This document shows, in pieces, positions 20,316 through 30,058 of a DNA stretch of 64,000 nucleotides. Source of the stretch: an uncultured Sphingomonadaceae bacterium (GTDB lineage: Bacteria > Pseudomonadota > Alphaproteobacteria > Sphingomonadales > Sphingomonadaceae). Under the pieces are notes generated by a model. The model was given only the letters and a program-made list of their open reading frames with translations, was not told the origin of the DNA and ran no database searches. Within the stretch, counting starts at the first letter, position 1; every line of letters starts with the position of its first letter. The stretch is taken from contig CAYRBB010000007.1 of assembly GCA_964422435.1 (NCBI GenBank), positions 12,363 to 76,362 of the forward strand, given 5' to 3'. A program made the translations under genes and the position numbers.

Positions 20316-23287
20316 GCCCCTCCCTCCTCTCTACCCTGCCATTCGGCGAGCCGCATCAGGTGGTCATAGGTGTTGTAAGTAGGAGCGTCAGCAGTCGGCC
20401 GCGCTTCAAACGGAGCGGATCCGATGATCCATTTATCGAGCGCCTCAACCAGAAACTCTTCCGATTTTGGTAGGAATTCGCTCGGTGGGATGCCAGTCCG
20501 TTTATTGCCCGTCCGCAGCGGTGTAACGACGTAGCCAAACTCGGTGGGGCTCGTCGCATCCTTGCCCAGCGACCAATATTCGAAATCGGTGGCAAGACCG
20601 GACAGTCCATCAAAGTCGCCGTCGCGCAAGATGAGGCCGATGGTCCCCAATTGCAGCGCGTAGCCGTTCTCCACCTGCTTGCCAGTGGGCGGTGATCCAG
20701 TCTTGTAGTCAACCACCGCCAGCGAACCATCCGGCATACGGTCTATCCTGTCGGCATAGCCAAAGATTGTGATCCCCTTGACCGTGATGCTGCCCTTCTT
20801 CTCCCATTTGGCTGGAACGCGCCCGGGCTGATCTGCGAGTTCCGCTTCGATCCATTCGAGAGCGCGCAACAGGCGTGGACGCCACATGGCGCGCAGCAGC
20901 GGATGGGCAGACAATTCCTCCAGATGTCTATCGGCCAGTTCTTCGAGCGAACCTTTCCCGTCATGCCAGTCTTTCAGGATAGCGTGCGCCAGGGTGCCCT
21001 GCCAAGCAGGTCCGGGCTCGGCATCGAGCTTGTCCAGCTCTTCAAGATCCATGATCTTGCGGGCGTAGAATTCGTACGGATCGGACCGGAGACGGTCGAG
21101 CGTCGTGACGCTGATCGCGGTCTGCCGTTGCGCCGCATTGGGCATCGGCTTGGGCTGCGGATGCGGCGCATCTTCGAATCCGCGCCCGTCATCAATAGCG
21201 CGGGCGAGGTCAGTCAACGACTTGTCGGTGGCTGCCTTCGACAAATCCTCGCCCAGCAGCGCCCGAATGCGCAGCAGGAAGCGCGACGCGATGGCCGGAC
21301 CGGACGTGTCGCGATGCGCGCGGCTAAGTACGACTTCAGGCGCACCCAACGCTCCAGCAAGATCATGCGCGGCCAGGCCGATGCGAAAGTCGGCGCCCGG
21401 CACACCCAGCGCGCGAAGGACGGCTGGAGCCAGCAATGGGTCGGCTGAAGGCGTCGGTGGCCACGTACCTTCATTGAGCCCAGCACAGATGACCAGGTCG
21501 GCACGCGTCATCCGCGCTTCGAGCAGGCCGTAGATCGCCACACGCGGGTGCCCGCCATAGGGCGGCCGGACCGCCACACGATCCATCGCATCACGGAGGG
21601 TCAAAGGCAGGTCAGTTGCTTCCAGCCCAATCCGCACTTCGCGCGCATGCAGCCGCAAGTCTTCGACAAAGTTAGACAACGCACGGCCATCTTCACGCGC
21701 CCAGAGGTTTTCACCGCACAGTTTCTCACCAGCACTGGCCAGAAGATCAAGCCATTCGGCAAGTCCACGCGCTTCCACATCTTGAAGCAGCGGGGACAGG
21801 ACTGTCTCGACGTTCACAAACCAGTCTTCCATACCCACTTTGGCAGCGACCGTACGCAGTGGCTCAAGCCCCGGTCCGGTCCGCGGACCCCGCATGCGCC
21901 GTTCCATTGCACGCGAGGCATCGAGCCAATCGGCCCGCCCCTCGCCCGCACCAACCAGCGGATGTTGTAGCAGGGCAATCAGCGGGACTGGAGCAGCGGC
22001 TTCCGCAGCAACCTCTGCCAGTAACAGAAGTACGCGACCAGCAGCGGTTTGCGAGAGCGGCTTCCCTGCCGAATCGTCCGCCGTGATGTTCCAGCGCCGC
22101 AAATGTTGGGTGATCCGGCCTGCCAAACCACGATCGGGCGTTACCACGGCTATTCGCTTTCGGGGCACTTCCAACGCCTCGCGAACCAGCAGGGCAACCG
22201 ACTGTGCTTCCTCTTCCGGATTGGCGCTTTCAATAAGGCGGACACCGGCCAGGCGCCGTCGTTCCGCGGGCAGGTCAACCCATGCCTTGCTCGCCTCGGG
22301 AGGCAGGAACAGGCTGGAGATGGCATGCGTACGTTCTGGCGGTCCCTTAGCGATCCCAGCACGGTGCCATTGCTGCACCTCGTCTCGACGCACACCCATG
22401 CGGTTGAGCAGCAGTTTGAGGTGATATTGCGGATGGGTCACAGCATCACCCTTGTCAAACGGTGCTTCTGCTTCGGGGTCGCCCGCTCCACCCAGTTCTT
22501 CCCACACGCCGTGATCCATGGAAAGATCGAGGTCTGGCAGGATAACTGCACCTTTGGGAAGCTCGCTCACCGTGCGGAGAAGCTTTGCCAGCGCCGGTGC
22601 CGCACTCGTCACGCCTGCAGCAACAAAGGGTGTTTGCGGTGGATTGTCCCGCATGCGCCTGGCCACATTCCTGAAAAGAAGGTTTCGCCTTGCGGCGGCG
22701 TCCAGCAAACCGCGATCATTCAATTCAGCGAGCCAATATTGCTGGATCGTCGCGAAATCGCGCAAATTGTCTTGCCAATGCTGCGAGAGTTTCTCGTCGA
22801 AGATGGAGAGCACGGGGTCCGAGCGGAGAGCTTCCGGCGCAATCTCCTCGACCAGCAAACGGTCCATGACCTTCCCTGTTTCAAGGGCAAGCCGCAGCAA
22901 TCCGCTGCCCTTCGGCGCTTTTTCGCCTTGAACCTTCTGAATCAACTGCGCCAATCGCAACCACCGCCGGGTTGGGTCGGCAGCAGGAGGGATAGTTGCA
23001 CCAGCGCCCAGGGAATCGAAAAGCGGGCCAAGCGCTTCGTCAAAATCGAGATCGCCCACGAGCGCCATGCGCGGCATCAACAGGCCATTGCTGCCCGTTT
23101 CGCCCGCATGGCGAACGAAAGCTTCCGATAACGTGCGCGCAGCACGAGCAGAGGGAAGGAGCAGCGTCAGCCGGGCAAGACCAAAGCGCTCCTCGGCATA
23201 ACGGGGCACCAGCCCTGCCACAAGTGCATCGGCAAAACCGCGATGCGCGGCGATAGAATAGATATTGGGCCCGCTGCGGTCAGACAT
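20312..23287 (-). CDS. addB: Double-strand break repair protein AddB
   Basis: LLLPSARA N-terminus; C-terminal PD-(D/E)xK nuclease GYADRID..VVDYKTG; overlaps addA start. Confidence 0.95.
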   Translation of the reverse strand: MSDRSGPNIYSIAAHRGFADALVAGLVPRYAEERFGLARLTLLLPSARAARTLSEAFVRHAGETGSNGLLMPRMALVGDLDFDEALGPLFDSLGAGATIPPAADPTRRWLRLAQLIQKVQGEKAPKGSGLLRLALETGKVMDRLLVEEIAPEALRSDPVLSIFDEKLSQHWQDNLRDFATIQQYWLAELNDRGLLDAAARRNLLFRNVARRMRDNPPQTPFVAAGVTSAAPALAKLLRTVSELPKGAVILPDLDLSMDHGVWEELGGAGDPEAEAPFDKGDAVTHPQYHLKLLLNRMGVRRDEVQQWHRAGIAKGPPERTHAISSLFLPPEASKAWVDLPAERRRLAGVRLIESANPEEEAQSVALLVREALEVPRKRIAVVTPDRGLAGRITQHLRRWNITADDSAGKPLSQTAAGRVLLLLAEVAAEAAAPVPLIALLQHPLVGAGEGRADWLDASRAMERRMRGPRTGPGLEPLRTVAAKVGMEDWFVNVETVLSPLLQDVEARGLAEWLDLLASAGEKLCGENLWAREDGRALSNFVEDLRLHAREVRIGLEATDLPLTLRDAMDRVAVRPPYGGHPRVAIYGLLEARMTRADLVICAGLNEGTWPPTPSADPLLAPAVLRALGVPGADFRIGLAAHDLAGALGAPEVVLSRAHRDTSGPAIASRFLLRIRALLGEDLSKAATDKSLTDLARAIDDGRGFEDAPHPQPKPMPNAAQRQTAISVTTLDRLRSDPYEFYARKIMDLEELDKLDAEPGPAWQGTLAHAILKDWHDGKGSLEELADRHLEELSAHPLLRAMWRPRLLRALEWIEAELADQPGRVPAKWEKKGSITVKGITIFGYADRIDRMPDGSLAVVDYKTGSPPTGKQVENGYALQLGTIGLILRDGDFDGLSGLATDFEYWSLGKDATSPTEFGYVVTPLRTGNKRTGIPPSEFLPKSEEFLVEALDKWIIGSAPFEARPTADAPTYNTYDHLMRLAEWQGREEGGA

Positions 23288-23996
23288 CCCGCAGAGCAGC
23301 TTCGGTGGGCCTGATCGCGTCGGGCGTGCCGACTTCGAACCATTGGCCAGTGAAGGGAATCCCGAATAACCGGTCTTCTCCTATAGCACGATCCCACAGG
23401 ATGTTGGTCGAGAACTTTCCTTCAGGTGCATTGCGCAACAACCTCTTTGCAACGAGCTGGATGCCAGAGAAGATATAAGGTGCAATGCGCCCCGACTGGC
23501 GGCGTTTAAGCCTCCCGTTTTCATCGATATGGAAATCGCCCTTGCCGCGGAAGTTATGCGCGCCCTTGTGTGGCACAAGCAGCAAGAGTGCGTCCATCCT
23601 CTCTGCGTCCCACATGGCCGACAGGTCGGCGAAGCAATCGCGCGGCCCATCTAGCCAGATATTGTCGGAGTTGAGGCAAAAGAACGGGTCGGGCAAATGG
23701 TCCTGCGCCTTCACCAGACCGCCACCGGTCTCCAGTAAGAGTTCCCGCTCGTCCGAGAAAGTGATGGAAGGCGCTTTGCGGTCTTTCAGATGCGCTTCGA
23801 TACCATCGGCAAGGTAGTGGACGTTGATCACAGCGTTAGTGATGCCTGCATCGGCCAAACGATCCAGCGTGTGGTCGACAAGCGGCTTACCAGCGACACG
23901 CACCATCGGTTTGGGCTGCGTGGCGGTGAGCGGCCGCATGCGTTTGCCCATCCCGGCGGCCATGACCATCGCGGTGTCCGATGCGAGCTTGGTCAT
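23280..23996 (-). CDS. murU: Nucleotidyltransferase, MurU-like (MurNAc-1-P uridylyltransferase)
   Basis: AAGMGKRMRPLT..PKP, LLETGGG; ATGA overlap with amgK-like stop; conserved amgK-murU pairing. Confidence 0.82.
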   Translation of the reverse strand: MTKLASDTAMVMAAGMGKRMRPLTATQPKPMVRVAGKPLVDHTLDRLADAGITNAVINVHYLADGIEAHLKDRKAPSITFSDERELLLETGGGLVKAQDHLPDPFFCLNSDNIWLDGPRDCFADLSAMWDAERMDALLLLVPHKGAHNFRGKGDFHIDENGRLKRRQSGRIAPYIFSGIQLVAKRLLRNAPEGKFSTNILWDRAIGEDRLFGIPFTGQWFEVGTPDAIRPTEAALRDV

Positions 23997-24985
23997 GCCA
24001 GCACTGCTCCCTGCTTGGTCCGAACCTCCTTCGGGATGTTGGCATCGAACCAATGCGCGACCGGTGCAAGGGCCTGATGCGCCAAATCACGCTCCATGGC
24101 GCCCCACACGCGCGGGATCATGCCGAGATAGCGCGGCTTGTCGTCGCGTTTCCACAGGCGGGTGAATATCCCGACGATCTTGGCGTTACGCTGCGCACCG
24201 AGCACAGCATAGCTTGCTGCAACATTCCATTCCGGCCGCATGGCTGTTTCGTACAAACCCAGCATCTTCGTTTCGAGCTGTGACGAAACATCGCGCCGCG
24301 CATCCTGCAAGAGTGACACGAGGTCATATGCCGGATGGCCAACAAGCGCGTCCTGAAAGTCAATGAGGCCCTGCTCGCCCTGCCCTTCATCATCCGGCTG
24401 CAACATCATGATATTTTCGGCGTGGTAATCACGCAGGACAGTTACGCCGGGCTCTTGCTCCGCCAGAACGGGCGCAAGAACCTCGTCCCACGCCGCATGA
24501 AAGCCAGCTACATCGACGTCCAGCCCCGCTGCCGGACAAAACCATTCGGTGAACAAACCTGCCTCTCGCTGGTATACCGCCATGTCGTAATGCGGGAATG
24601 GACCGGGTGCGCGACGATGCAGCTCACATAGCGCGTCAATCGCCGAGGCATAGGCGCCTGCTTCCTGCGCAGGATTGGCCTCAATCCATTCCTTCATTCG
24701 GTGATTGCCGAAATCTTCCGACAGAACCCAGCCAGCATTGGCATCCTCGGCAAAGATCTGCGGCGCACGCATAGCATTGGCTGACAACCATTGCGCAACG
24801 TGGAGAAACGGTGTGGGGTCTTCTTCTGGCGGCGGCGCATACATTAGCATCGCGGTCTCACCTGAAGGGCGGCGCAGCCGGAAATAGCGGCGAAAGCTCG
24901 CGTCTCCCGGGATCGGCTCTATTATGGCGTCGTCCCACGCCCCATGTGCGAGGAAATCGTGCATGCCATCGGGAAATTCATTCAT
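23993..24985 (-). CDS. amgK: APH-family sugar kinase, AmgK-like
   Basis: GDASFRRYFR, RDYHAENIM, IDFQDA, YDLVSLLQDAR, QRNAKIVGIFTRL; ATGA overlap with tsaE stop. Confidence 0.82.
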   Translation of the reverse strand: MNEFPDGMHDFLAHGAWDDAIIEPIPGDASFRRYFRLRRPSGETAMLMYAPPPEEDPTPFLHVAQWLSANAMRAPQIFAEDANAGWVLSEDFGNHRMKEWIEANPAQEAGAYASAIDALCELHRRAPGPFPHYDMAVYQREAGLFTEWFCPAAGLDVDVAGFHAAWDEVLAPVLAEQEPGVTVLRDYHAENIMMLQPDDEGQGEQGLIDFQDALVGHPAYDLVSLLQDARRDVSSQLETKMLGLYETAMRPEWNVAASYAVLGAQRNAKIVGIFTRLWKRDDKPRYLGMIPRVWGAMERDLAHQALAPVAHWFDANIPKEVRTKQGAVLA

Positions 24986-25416
24986 GGCATTCGTCCTAGC
25001 CAATCCGCCCCCCCATGAACAATCGCCTTGCGCCCCTTCCCACTGATTTCGAGCGTGACTTGCAGGCACCCCGGCTCGTGAGCAAACCCTCCGGCGTTAT
25101 CGGGCCATTCGGCAAGGAGAACAGCACCATCACGATACTCGCAGAGACCAAGCTGTTCCATTTCTGCTGGTCCTTCAAGTCGGTAGAAATCGGCATGAAC
25201 AACGGGGGGGCTCAGATGCTCGTATGTCTCGATAATCGTGAATGTGGGTGACGGGACTTCGCCTTGATGACCCAAAGTCTGGAGAATCGCGCGCGACAGC
25301 GTCGTCTTGCCAGCGCCAAGGCCGCCTGAAAGTGCGACCACATCACCGGGCCGTAGCTGTGCCGCAATGCGAGCGCCAAATGCCTGCATCGCAGCAAGGT
25401 CACTAAGGTGTTCCAT
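24982..25416 (-). CDS. tsaE: tRNA threonylcarbamoyladenosine biosynthesis ATPase TsaE
   Basis: LSGGLGAGKTT, VPSPTFTI, HADFYRL, LAEWP. Confidence 0.95.
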   Translation of the reverse strand: MEHLSDLAAMQAFGARIAAQLRPGDVVALSGGLGAGKTTLSRAILQTLGHQGEVPSPTFTIIETYEHLSPPVVHADFYRLEGPAEMEQLGLCEYRDGAVLLAEWPDNAGGFAHEPGCLQVTLEISGKGRKAIVHGGADWLGRMP

Positions 25417-27770
25417 CAGGGCAACAACACCGTCGCAGTCGTTCCGGCACCCTTTTCGGATTGTACCTCCAGCCTGCCGCCATGCGCCTCTATCAACTGT
25501 CGAGCGAGCGGTAAGCCAAGGCCACGCTTGCCTTCTCCGCGTTTGCCCTCCTGGCCGTCGCTACCTCGCAGTCGATATCCGTCGAGGGCGCGAGCGAGTT
25601 CGGAAGGTTTCATTCCTTCCCCATTGTCCGAAATCACAATACGCGCGCCCGATTTGCGGCGGGAAAGAGCGACCAGAATTCGCCCTTCCGGCGGTGTTGC
25701 GGCAATCGCATTATCCAGCAAGTTGCCAATCGCCCGGCCAAGTTGGCGGCGATCCGCCTTTACCAATCCAGCGCTTTTATCACCTCTTAGATCGAGTGCG
25801 ATGTTCTTCGCATCGATCGATTCTTCGCGACTGCGTACCTGATGCGTTGTGAATTCGAAGAGATCGACATCCTCTCGGGCTATCGGCAACAGCCCGGCCT
25901 CGCTCTGAGTCAGGTCCAGTACACTCTCGATCTGAGTGGAAAGGCGCTCCACCGAAGCCAGGATTGCATGGACATATTCCTTGCCTTGCTCGGATAGGTC
26001 ACCCGCCACGCCTGATTGCAGAAGCTCGGCAAAGCCACCGATTGATGTCAGCGGCGTGCGGAACTCGTATGACATGTTGGCAAGGAAGCGCGTTTTCACG
26101 GCGTCCGCCTCTTCCAAGGCCTTGGCACGTTCCCGCAGTGCCTCTTCTGCCTTCGTCGAATCGGTCACGTCCATGGCCGTCAACAAGCCATTCCCATCAG
26201 GAAGCGGCACTCCGGCAAACTCGACTGTGCGGCCATCGGACAAGACGACGCGGCCTCCCTTGCCCCTCCTGTCGAGCGTCGCCGCCATCACCACTTCGCC
26301 AATGGCCTTGCGCTGCGCAGGGCGCGCAAGACGATTGGAAATTCGATCAAGCAGCTTATCGACGTGAGGATGCTCGTCGAAGAATTCCTCCGGCAGACCC
26401 CAGATTGCCGGAAAACTCCGATTCCACAATTGCATCCTTCCATTGGGCGCAAAGACAGCGAGCGATTCAAAAAGTGAATCAAACGTAGCAGTCCGAGTCC
26501 TGAGCAGCGTGTCACGCGTAGCGGACAAAGCCAGCTGTTCGGAACGGTCTTCTGCCACCAGTACCAACCCGCCATCGGGCATCGGCTGGGCAACGATGCG
26601 CAGATGTGTACCGTCAGGCAGCGTCCACTGATCCTCTTCGGGAGCGTCTGCCATAAACCAACTTGCCAATTCCCCGCGCCATTCCGGGAAATCGCGCACT
26701 TCAGGCAAGCGCGATTTATCGCGTGCCATATCAAGGAAGCGTTCGAAACGCGGCGGTTCCACAGCAACTGATGACGGAAGCTCGAATATGCGCTGAAACG
26801 GTTGGTTGGCAAAGGTCAGACGGCGTTCTTCGTTGAATTGTGCAACGCCAACAGACAACTGATCCAGCATGCTGCGCTGCGCTGCCAGAAATGCCCGAAA
26901 ATTTCGGCCCTGTTCTTCCAGCTCTTCAATGTCGATGGCGTAACCGGCAACGCCCTCTGAGCCGAGTGGCAGATCGCTTACGCGTAGGGTGCGGCGCTGA
27001 CTGCCAACAGTCGCCTGCACGATGCGTTCGACAGGCCGGTCTTGTTCCTTGGCCTGCTGGGCAATTTGCGCGGCGTTCAGTCCATCCACCCGCTCGACCA
27101 GCTCGATCTGTTTATCGACAACCTCTGCTGCGCTTTTTGCGCCGACGGCATCGACATAGGCCGAATTCACCAGTTGGACCCGCATATCGGTGCCACGGAA
27201 CCACATTGGCATGGGTGCCGCTTCGATCAGGCCGACAAGCGCAGCAAAATCGTTGCGCGCTCGCGCTGTCTCGGCGCGCAAATGCGACAGCTCACCCTGG
27301 CTTTCGGAAAAGTCAAACCACCAGATCAGCACCGCACCGCCACTGGCGATAGAGGCATTCGCAAGTTGCCCGCGCAGGGCGAGGCTTTTTTCCGAACCGC
27401 GCGGCGTTATCACCATACGGAAAGGGGCAGCTGTCTTTTGTGTGCGGCGCACTGCCTCGCGCAATTCATTCAGGTCGGCGTTGGTGACCCCCTCCGCGCC
27501 ATCGGCTAATTCTGTTAGGAAACCGGGTAAAGCATCGAGACCCAGCCACGCTGCCAGCCTGTCCGGCCCCTCGATCTTGCCGTCAGCTTTTACCAGCAGC
27601 GGTATCGCCGGAGAGTCGTCGATCATCCGGGAAAGCCGTCGCACTGTCGCTCGGCTCCTCTGCGCGGCGCGTGAACGCTGGATCGAGCTAACCACCAGCC
27701 ACAAAGCCGTAACCGTCCAGGCAGCCAGAAGCAGGCCGAGCAATGCCAGCGCAGAGAACGACAATTCCAT
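25416..27770 (-). CDS. divL: PAS-domain histidine-kinase-like protein with His-to-Tyr H-box (DivL-like pseudokinase)
   Basis: N-terminal TM, several PAS-like segments; H-box reads NMSYEFRTPL (Tyr at the phospho-His position, as in DivL); HATPase N/G boxes; located between ahcY and tsaE. Confidence 0.82.
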   Translation of the reverse strand: MELSFSALALLGLLLAAWTVTALWLVVSSIQRSRAAQRSRATVRRLSRMIDDSPAIPLLVKADGKIEGPDRLAAWLGLDALPGFLTELADGAEGVTNADLNELREAVRRTQKTAAPFRMVITPRGSEKSLALRGQLANASIASGGAVLIWWFDFSESQGELSHLRAETARARNDFAALVGLIEAAPMPMWFRGTDMRVQLVNSAYVDAVGAKSAAEVVDKQIELVERVDGLNAAQIAQQAKEQDRPVERIVQATVGSQRRTLRVSDLPLGSEGVAGYAIDIEELEEQGRNFRAFLAAQRSMLDQLSVGVAQFNEERRLTFANQPFQRIFELPSSVAVEPPRFERFLDMARDKSRLPEVRDFPEWRGELASWFMADAPEEDQWTLPDGTHLRIVAQPMPDGGLVLVAEDRSEQLALSATRDTLLRTRTATFDSLFESLAVFAPNGRMQLWNRSFPAIWGLPEEFFDEHPHVDKLLDRISNRLARPAQRKAIGEVVMAATLDRRGKGGRVVLSDGRTVEFAGVPLPDGNGLLTAMDVTDSTKAEEALRERAKALEEADAVKTRFLANMSYEFRTPLTSIGGFAELLQSGVAGDLSEQGKEYVHAILASVERLSTQIESVLDLTQSEAGLLPIAREDVDLFEFTTHQVRSREESIDAKNIALDLRGDKSAGLVKADRRQLGRAIGNLLDNAIAATPPEGRILVALSRRKSGARIVISDNGEGMKPSELARALDGYRLRGSDGQEGKRGEGKRGLGLPLARQLIEAHGGRLEVQSEKGAGTTATVLLP

Positions 27771-27837
27771 CGATGAATGCGCTATGAGAGGTGGGGCCGG
27801 GATGCAACGCCCGAGAAGTGACTACGCCCAAATATAC

Positions 27838-27877
27838 ATCACCCCGGCGCATACCTTTGTCGCATGGCCGGGGTGAT
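27838..27877 (-). terminator. Hairpin downstream of ahcY, probable terminator
   Basis: ATCACCCCGGC...GCCGGGGTGAT 11-bp perfect arms; weak U-rich tail on the minus strand. Confidence 0.5.
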
Positions 27878-27904
27878 CGTTAATCGCTGGCAACCCGATA
27901 ACGG

Positions 27905-29317
27905 CTAATAGCGGTAGTGTTCCGGCTTGAAGGGACCGTCGACGGGCACACCGATATAGTCTGCCTGCTGCTGCGAAAGCTTGGTCAGCTTCACGCCCAG
28001 CTTGTCGAGGTGAAGCGCGGCGACTTTCTCGTCGAGGTGCTTCGGCAGCACGTAGACATCGTTCTTGTAGCTATCGGCGTTGTTCCACAGTTCCATCTGC
28101 GCCAGCACCTGGTTGGTGAAGGAACAGCTCATCACGAAGCTGGGGTGGCCGGTGGCGCAGGCGAGGTTCACCAGGCGGCCCTTGGCCAGCACGATGATTT
28201 CCTTGCCATCGGGGAACTTGACCAGATCGGTGCCGGGCTTCAGCTCGGTCCACTGGTAGTTGCTCAGAGCGCCGATCTGGATTTCGCTATCGAAGTGACC
28301 GATGTTGCAGACGATGCTCATCGGCTTCATCGCCTTCATGTGATCGGCAGTGATAACGTCTTCGTTGCCGGTGGTGGTGACGAAGATGTCAGCGCGGGTC
28401 ACGGCATCGTCGAGCGTTGTGACTTCAAAGCCTTCCATCGCCGCCTGCAGCGCGCAGATGGGATCAATCTCGCTGACGAGAACGCGGGCACCGCCATCGC
28501 GCAGCGACTGCGCAGAACCCTTGCCCACGTCACCATACCCGGCGACGAAGGCAACCTTGCCCGAAAGCATGACGTCGGTCGCACGACGGATCGCGTCGAC
28601 CAGTGATTCGCGGCAGCCATAGAGGTTGTCGAACTTCGACTTGGTCACGCTGTCATTCACGTTGATCGCCGGGAACGGCAGCTTGCCCTGCTTGGCAATG
28701 TGATAGAGGCGGTGAACGCCCGTGGTGGTTTCTTCCGAAACACCCTTCAGGTTCTTCACCGTCTCGGTGAGGTAACCCGGCTTCTTGGCGATGAAGGCCT
28801 TGAGCGCGCGCTGCATTTCGATTTCTTCAGCGTTCGCGGGTTCGGGCATTTCTTCGCCAGCTTCAAGGCGCGCACCCCACAGAGCGAACATGGTCGCATC
28901 GCCGCCATCGTCCAGAATCAGGTTGGCGGTCGTGCCGTCACCGTCGTTTTCCCAGTCGAAGATGTTTCCGACATAGTCCCAGTACTCGGCCAGACTCTCG
29001 CCCTTGACGGCGAAAACCGGAATATCCTGCGCAGCAATCGCTGCAGCGGCATGATCCTGTGTCGAGAAGATGTTGCAGGTTGCCCAGCGAACTTCCGCGC
29101 CCAGCGCGACCAGCGTTTCTATCAGAACGGCGGTCTGGATGGTCATGTGCAGCGAGCCGGTGATGCGCGCGCCAGCCAGCGGCTTGGCATCGCCAAACTC
29201 TTCACGCGTGGCCATCAGGCCCGGCATTTCGGTTTCAGCGATATTGATCTCCGCACGGCCATAATCGGCCAGCGCAATGTCCTTGACGATATAGTCAGTG
29301 AAAGCGGCGTCAGCCAC
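27905..29317 (-). CDS. ahcY: S-adenosyl-L-homocysteine hydrolase
   Basis: [52 protein letters not shown]; start GTG 29317 chosen from AGGAG spacing. Confidence 0.98.
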   Translation of the reverse strand: MADAAFTDYIVKDIALADYGRAEINIAETEMPGLMATREEFGDAKPLAGARITGSLHMTIQTAVLIETLVALGAEVRWATCNIFSTQDHAAAAIAAQDIPVFAVKGESLAEYWDYVGNIFDWENDGDGTTANLILDDGGDATMFALWGARLEAGEEMPEPANAEEIEMQRALKAFIAKKPGYLTETVKNLKGVSEETTTGVHRLYHIAKQGKLPFPAINVNDSVTKSKFDNLYGCRESLVDAIRRATDVMLSGKVAFVAGYGDVGKGSAQSLRDGGARVLVSEIDPICALQAAMEGFEVTTLDDAVTRADIFVTTTGNEDVITADHMKAMKPMSIVCNIGHFDSEIQIGALSNYQWTELKPGTDLVKFPDGKEIIVLAKGRLVNLACATGHPSFVMSCSFTNQVLAQMELWNNADSYKNDVYVLPKHLDEKVAALHLDKLGVKLTKLSQQQADYIGVPVDGPFKPEHYRY

Positions 29318-29507
29318 GGGCACTTCTCCTGTTAAACCGGGTGAAGCGTCGCCGGGGCTCCATGCAACGCCTGATGTTGGTGCGCCACATAGGGAGGCAG
29401 GCGCACGGCGTAAAGCCCTTCGGCCGGCGCACGAATGCAAGCGCTGTCCTTGTTCTGTCGCGGTGTCATGCTATTTCGGGCGGAATTCCAACGGAGGATT
29501 CAGAATT

Positions 29508-29987
29508 ATGACGATTAACAAAGGCGACCCGCTTCCCGACGTTGCTGTGGCCAAGGCCACCAGCGAAGGCCCTCAACAAGTGCAGACGGGCAGTTTTTTC
29601 GCTGGCAAGAAGGTCGCACTGTTTGCCGTGCCGGGCGCTTTCACCCCTACCTGCTCTGCCAAACATCTTCCCGGCTTTGTCGAGAAAGCAGCCGAGCTCA
29701 AAGCCAAGGGCGTGGACGAGATCGCCTGTACCAGCGTTAACGACGCGTTCGTCATGAGCGCATGGAAAGAAGCCAATGACGCCGGTGAAATCACCATGCT
29801 GGCAGACGGTAATGGCGAATTTGCCAAGGCCGTCGGGCTCGATGTCGACTTCTCCGGCTATGGCATGGGCAGCCGATCCAATCGTTATTCAATGATCGTC
29901 GATGATGGCGTGGTGACGGAGCTGAACGTCGAAGGCCCGGGCGAATTCGCGGTTTCCAGCGCGGATCATTTGTTAGGGCAGCTTTAA
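29508..29987 (+). CDS. Peroxiredoxin, Prx5 subfamily
   Basis: PGAFTPTCS peroxidatic Cys motif, SVNDAFVM, RSNRYSM; ATG 29508 after GGAGG. Confidence 0.93.
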   Translation: MTINKGDPLPDVAVAKATSEGPQQVQTGSFFAGKKVALFAVPGAFTPTCSAKHLPGFVEKAAELKAKGVDEIACTSVNDAFVMSAWKEANDAGEITMLADGNGEFAKAVGLDVDFSGYGMGSRSNRYSMIVDDGVVTELNVEGPGEFAVSSADHLLGQL

Positions 29988-30010
29988 GCGAAGTTTGAGC
30001 AATTAATACG

Positions 30011-30039
30011 AAAAGGGCGTCCGATCAGGCGCCCTTTTT
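30011..30039. terminator. Bidirectional intrinsic terminator
   Basis: AAAAGGGCG-tccgatcagg-CGCCCTTTTT between the convergent Prx and MurA-like genes. Confidence 0.8.
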
Positions 30040-30058
30040 CGCTCCTGCTAGCCAGTGA

